From contig NZ_AP024987.1 in the NCBI RefSeq assembly GCF_020885515.1, positions 1,320,001 through 1,352,000 on the forward strand: 32,000 nucleotides of DNA. The letters are read 5' to 3'. The notes beneath the pieces were generated by a model. The model made no database searches. It saw only the letters and a list, made by a program, of their open reading frames with translations, and was not told where the DNA came from. Positions 28,485 to 32,000 of the stretch are shown here, piece by piece. A program made the position numbers and the translations under genes. Source of the DNA: a cyanobacterium endosymbiont of Braarudosphaera bigelowii (GTDB taxonomy: Bacteria; Cyanobacteriota; Cyanobacteriia; Cyanobacteriales; Microcystaceae). Each line of letters begins with the position of its first letter. Positions within the stretch are counted from its first letter, which is position 1.

Positions 28485-28600
28485 AATTGATTTACATTTA
28501 TAAATTTATAATTTGTGATTTTTGATTATATCTATAAAGTTATTTTAGCTTGTTTAGACTATAGGTATGAATTGGATAGTTAATTTTTTGAAAATTACAG

Positions 28601-28629
28601 TTGAAAACTATAACTTATTATGTTATTAT
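28601..28629 (+). promoter_or_regulatory. Candidate promoter of the tRNA-Tyr/tRNA-Thr dicistron
   Basis: TTGAAA (28601-28606), a 17-nt spacer, then TATTAT (28624-28629). This would place a transcription start about 18 nt upstream of the mature tRNA-Tyr 5' end. Pattern only. Confidence 0.35.
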
Positions 28630-28654
28630 TATTTTCTGTTAGGCAAATAAAAAA

Positions 28655-28736
28655 GGGTCGATGCCCGAGTGGTTAATGGGGGCGGACTGTAAATCCGCTG
28701 GCTATGCCTACGCTGGTTCAAATCCAGCTCGGCCCA
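28655..28736 (+). tRNA. tRNA-Tyr (anticodon GTA), class II with long variable arm
   Basis: Cloverleaf folded by hand: acceptor GGGTCGA/TCGGCCC (one G-U pair), anticodon stem GCGGA/TCCGC with loop CTGTAAA, 13-nt variable arm, T arm GCTGG-TTCAAAT-CCAGC, discriminator A. CCA is not encoded (CCT follows). Confidence 0.95.
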
Positions 28737-28742
28737 CCTTTT

Positions 28743-28814
28743 GCCCGTGTGGCTCAGTGGTAGAGCACACCCTTGGTAAGGGTGAGGTCACGAGTTCAAT
28801 CCTCGTCACGGGCT
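28743..28814 (+). tRNA. tRNA-Thr (anticodon GGT)
   Basis: Acceptor GCCCGTG/CACGGGC, D arm GCTC-AGTGGTA-GAGC, anticodon stem CACCC/GGGTG with loop TTGGTAA, T arm ACGAG-TTCAATC-CTCGT. It starts 6 nt after tRNA-Tyr. Confidence 0.95.
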
Positions 28815-28845
28815 CTCGCTATATAAAAATTAATAACAAGTAATC

Positions 28846-28882
28846 TGCAGAAAAACATATCATAAATGATTAAAATTCTGCA
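28846..28882 (+). terminator. Candidate hairpin after the tRNA pair
   Basis: TGCAGAA (28846-28852) pairs with TTCTGCA (28876-28882). An inner ATCAT/ATGAT pair lies within the loop. It sits 32 nt after tRNA-Thr, the stems are weak, and only a partial T-rich tail follows. Confidence 0.25.
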
Positions 28883-29024
28883 TAGTGATTATTTATACAA
28901 GTATTAAGTATTTTAAAACGTCACTGTTTATTTTCTGGGCTATACGTTAATAACGTAGTAATATAAGCTTAATCGGGCATCTTCTATATTACAAAATATT
29001 TATATGAAGTAAATAAAGGTATCA

Positions 29025-30065
29025 ATGGCTTCTACTACAAATAATAATGATAAAGAAAAAGCTTTAGACTTAATTCTCAGCCAAATTGAGCGAAATTTTG
29101 GAAAAGGGGCTATTATGCGCCTTGGAGATGCAGCTAAAATGAAAGTAGAGACTGTTTCTACTGGCGCCTTAACACTTGATTTGGCTTTAGGAGGAGGATT
29201 GCCAAAAGGAAGAATAATAGAGATCTATGGACCTGAAAGTTCTGGTAAGACGACATTAACACTCCATGCCATTGCGGAAGTGCAAAAAACTGGAGGAGTC
29301 GCCGCTTTCGTAGATGCAGAGCATGCTTTGGATCCAAGTTATGCTTCTGTATTAGGTGTTGATATTCATAATCTTTTAGTAGCTCAGCCTGATACAGGAG
29401 AATCAGCTTTAGAGATAGTAGACCAATTAGTACGTTCATCTGCTGTTGATATTATAGTCATAGATTCTGTTGCAGCATTAGTTCCCCGTGCAGAAATAGA
29501 GGGAGAAATGGGCGACACTCAAGTTGGCCTGCAAGCACGATTAATGAGTAAAGCATTACGAAAAATTGCAGGTAATATTGGTAGATCTGGATGTCTAGTT
29601 ATTTTTCTCAATCAATTAAGACAAAAAATTGGAGTCACATATGGAAATCCTGAAGTAACCACTGGAGGGACTGCATTAAAGTTTTATGCATCAGTACGTC
29701 TAGATATTCGTCGTATTCAGACCTTAAAGAAAGGTACTGAAGGTGAATATGGAATTAGGGCTAAAGTAAAAGTGGCTAAAAATAAAGTTGCTCCACCATT
29801 TCGAATTGCTGAATTTGATATTATTTTTGGTCAAGGAATTTCCAATATAGGATGCATAGTTGACTTAGCAGAGCAAACTAATGTAATCAGCCGAAAAGGA
29901 TCTTGGTATAGTTATAATGGAGACAATATCTCTCAAGGAAGAGATAATGCTATTAAATATTTAGAAGAAAACTCCAATTTTACACAGACTATTGAACGTC
30001 TAGTCCGCGAAAAATTAGCTTTAGGTCCTTTGGAATTAGATGTTTGTTCAGAAAATGATAAGTAA
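29025..30065 (+). CDS. recA: Recombinase RecA
   Basis: 346-aa ORF with [24 protein letters not shown], Walker [19 protein letters not shown], and the [24 protein letters not shown] loop-2 region. Confidence 0.98.
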   Translation: MASTTNNNDKEKALDLILSQIERNFGKGAIMRLGDAAKMKVETVSTGALTLDLALGGGLPKGRIIEIYGPESSGKTTLTLHAIAEVQKTGGVAAFVDAEHALDPSYASVLGVDIHNLLVAQPDTGESALEIVDQLVRSSAVDIIVIDSVAALVPRAEIEGEMGDTQVGLQARLMSKALRKIAGNIGRSGCLVIFLNQLRQKIGVTYGNPEVTTGGTALKFYASVRLDIRRIQTLKKGTEGEYGIRAKVKVAKNKVAPPFRIAEFDIIFGQGISNIGCIVDLAEQTNVISRKGSWYSYNGDNISQGRDNAIKYLEENSNFTQTIERLVREKLALGPLELDVCSENDK

Positions 30066-30251
30066 TAGAATTCATTTCTTTTTGCTAACAAAAAATATCT
30101 ATTTGTCATAAAATAACTTTATCAATAATTATCTAGATTTATTTATAATTAAAAGAACTGTGTTAACATCTTGGATGGTTAATACATAAATAAGTTACTT
30201 CCGAAGATAGACAATCAAAGATCTGTGGAGGAGTTTACAGGAGTACTAAGT

Positions 30252-31322
30252 ATGGTAGATAGACAGCAACCTTTAATCTTACACAAAAACACTTTTGATC
30301 CTATTCGTATGGGTGTGATTGGTGTGGGTAATATGGGGCAACATCATAGTCGAATTCTTAGCTTACTAAAAGATGTAGAGTTAGTTGGTGTTTCTGATGT
30401 TAGTGTAGAAAGAGGAATTGATATTGCTAGTAAATACCGAGTACGTTTTTTTGAAAATTATTTAGATTTACTTCCTCATATTGATGCAGTTTGCATTGCT
30501 GTACCTACTAGGTTACACCATTCTGTTGGAATAGACTGCTTAAATGCTGGAGTTCATACCTTAATAGAAAAACCCATTGCTGCAAGTATAACTGAAGCTG
30601 AATCTTTAGTTAACGCAGCAGCAGATTCCAAAGGAATTTTACAAGTAGGTCATATTGAACGATTTAATCCTGCTTTTCAAGAATTGAGCAAAGTATTGAA
30701 AACTGAAGAAGTTTTGGCTTTAGAAGCACATAGAATGAGTCCTTATTCGCAAAGAGCTAATGATGTTTCTGTAGTTCTCGATTTAATGATCCACGATATT
30801 GATTTATTATTGGAACTAGTAAGTTCAACTGTCGTAAAGCTTACAGCGAGTGGTAGTCGCAGATCTAATTCAGATCACCTTAATTATGTAACAGCCACTC
30901 TTGGCTTCGCTAATGGAATAGTAGCAACCTTAACTGCCAGTAAGGTTACTCACTGTAAGATACGTCGTCTTGCAGCTCATTGCGAAAATTGCTTAACTGA
31001 GGCTGATTTTCTTAACAATGATATTCTAATCCATAGACAGACTACGGCTAATTACAGCACAGAATATGGACAAGTATGGTACAGACAAGATGGACTGATA
31101 GAAAAAGTACATACAACTAAGGTAGAGCCACTTCATGCAGAACTAGAACATTTCGTACACTGTATACGTGGAGGAGATCAACCATCTGTAGGTGGGGTAC
31201 AAGCCTTAAAAGCTTTGCGTTTGGCTAGTTCTATTGAACAAATGGCATTAGATGGTAAAATTTGGCAGCAATCTGATATAAATTATCAATATCTTAATCC
31301 TTTATCAAGTAAAACTTTTTGA
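30252..31322 (+). CDS. Gfo/Idh/MocA-family NAD(P)-dependent oxidoreductase (sugar or sugar-nucleotide dehydrogenase-like)
   Basis: It has the N-terminal Rossmann motif MGVIGVGNMGQHH, EKP (LIEKPIA), and a C-terminal alpha/beta oligomerisation domain. I prefer ATG 30252, which has AGGAG 8 nt upstream. The track's GTG at 30225 is the alternative. Confidence 0.85.
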   Translation: MVDRQQPLILHKNTFDPIRMGVIGVGNMGQHHSRILSLLKDVELVGVSDVSVERGIDIASKYRVRFFENYLDLLPHIDAVCIAVPTRLHHSVGIDCLNAGVHTLIEKPIAASITEAESLVNAAADSKGILQVGHIERFNPAFQELSKVLKTEEVLALEAHRMSPYSQRANDVSVVLDLMIHDIDLLLELVSSTVVKLTASGSRRSNSDHLNYVTATLGFANGIVATLTASKVTHCKIRRLAAHCENCLTEADFLNNDILIHRQTTANYSTEYGQVWYRQDGLIEKVHTTKVEPLHAELEHFVHCIRGGDQPSVGGVQALKALRLASSIEQMALDGKIWQQSDINYQYLNPLSSKTF

Positions 31323-31410
31323 CTATATTAGTTGAAAAAATCATCTCGAAATTAGATTTTTTAATAAAAAACATGAAAAATATCCTTAAATTCTAAAATA
31401 GTAACGAGTA

Positions 31411-31482
<72 letters not shown>

Positions 31483-31570
31483 TCATTAAGACCTATACAT
31501 CATAACATAATCACCTTATAAAAACAATAGTTATTTTTATAAAATATTAATTCAACTTTTAAAAACTATT

Positions 31571-32000
31571 ATGCCTTCTGGCCGTACTCATGATCGTATC
31601 ACTATATTAAGTGTAGTTCCCATTACAATTCTATTTTATTTTGTCTTTCGTCGTAAAGAACTCATGCTATGGTTTAGCTTGTCTTATATTTTTAGTGGAT
31701 TGATGTTTGGACCAGATCTAGATATTTATTCACTACAATATAAACGATGGGGAATAGGTCGTTGGATTTGGTTACCATATCAATATTCTCTTAAGCATCG
31801 TTCTTTTTTCTCCCATGGCTTTTTAATAGGAACAGTAGTTAGATTGATTTACCTTTCCATTATTGTTGTAGTACTTACTATTTTTACAAATATCGTAACT
31901 CAATTGTTTCTGGGATCAGCTTATAATTGGTGGCCTTTACTTATTACAAACTATGGTAAATTAAGAAACCAATATTTAGAAGAAGTAATTACTATATTTT
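31571..32000 (+). CDS. 5' part of a small integral membrane protein, DUF2227/COG2389-like 'uncharacterised metal-binding protein' (truncated by window end)
   Basis: The frame is open from ATG 31571 to the window edge (143 codons): MPSGRTHDRITILSV...SGLMFGPDLDIYSLQYKRWG..WLPYQYSLKHRSFFSHGFLIGT. The N-terminal SGRTHD and the HRS..SHG blocks match my recollection of this family. It is absent from the ORF track only because no stop codon is reached. Confidence 0.55.
   Translation, partial: MPSGRTHDRITILSVVPITILFYFVFRRKELMLWFSLSYIFSGLMFGPDLDIYSLQYKRWGIGRWIWLPYQYSLKHRSFFSHGFLIGTVVRLIYLSIIVVVLTIFTNIVTQLFLGSAYNWWPLLITNYGKLRNQYLEEVITIF

Noticed and set aside
28661-28843. 60-aa ORF from the track
   Set aside because: It is read straight through the tRNA-Tyr and tRNA-Thr genes. 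The cloverleaf structures explain the sequence completely.
29158-29439. 93-aa minus-strand ORF inside recA
   Set aside because: It is antisense to RecA, so it is spurious.

Overview
This is a visibly AT-rich chromosomal segment, roughly 30% G+C judged by eye on sampled lines. Its gene content is cyanobacterial: an NblS/Hik33-type kinase, an RbcR/Ycf30-type LysR regulator, an FdC2-type ferredoxin, a tRNA-Tyr/tRNA-Thr tandem, and the str operon rpsL-rpsG-fusA-tuf-rpsJ. EF-Tu looks closest to the Cyanothece/Crocosphaera type and is unlike Prochlorococcus. Together with the composition and the divergence of some core proteins, this suggests a genome-reduced unicellular cyanobacterium or endosymbiont. 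That origin is an inference I cannot verify here. I call 26 protein-coding genes (2 cut by the window edges), 3 tRNAs and a few hairpin or promoter candidates. I see no rRNA, CRISPR array, transposase, integrase, phage gene or recognisable defence or toxin system. Most of the window is ordinary housekeeping: murB, murC, prx, fabG, the str operon, recA and moeB. I found no compelling novel multi-gene system. Three things are most worth a second look. (1) A full-length RecJ homologue (5246-7609) has every catalytic DHH-family motif I can align substituted, yet its 787-codon ORF is intact. (2) An 8.3-kb envelope-glycan locus (8674-16992) combines a sugar C-methyltransferase-like enzyme, a polyprenyl-phosphate GT2, an FkbM methyltransferase, two translationally coupled GT-C-like membrane proteins and a GT26. 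(3) Several noncoding structures are unexplained: a nested 90-nt inverted repeat, a 670-bp gene-free spacer, a 13-bp hairpin between tuf and rpsJ, a 14-bp inverted repeat at a convergent junction, and a palindrome upstream of recA.
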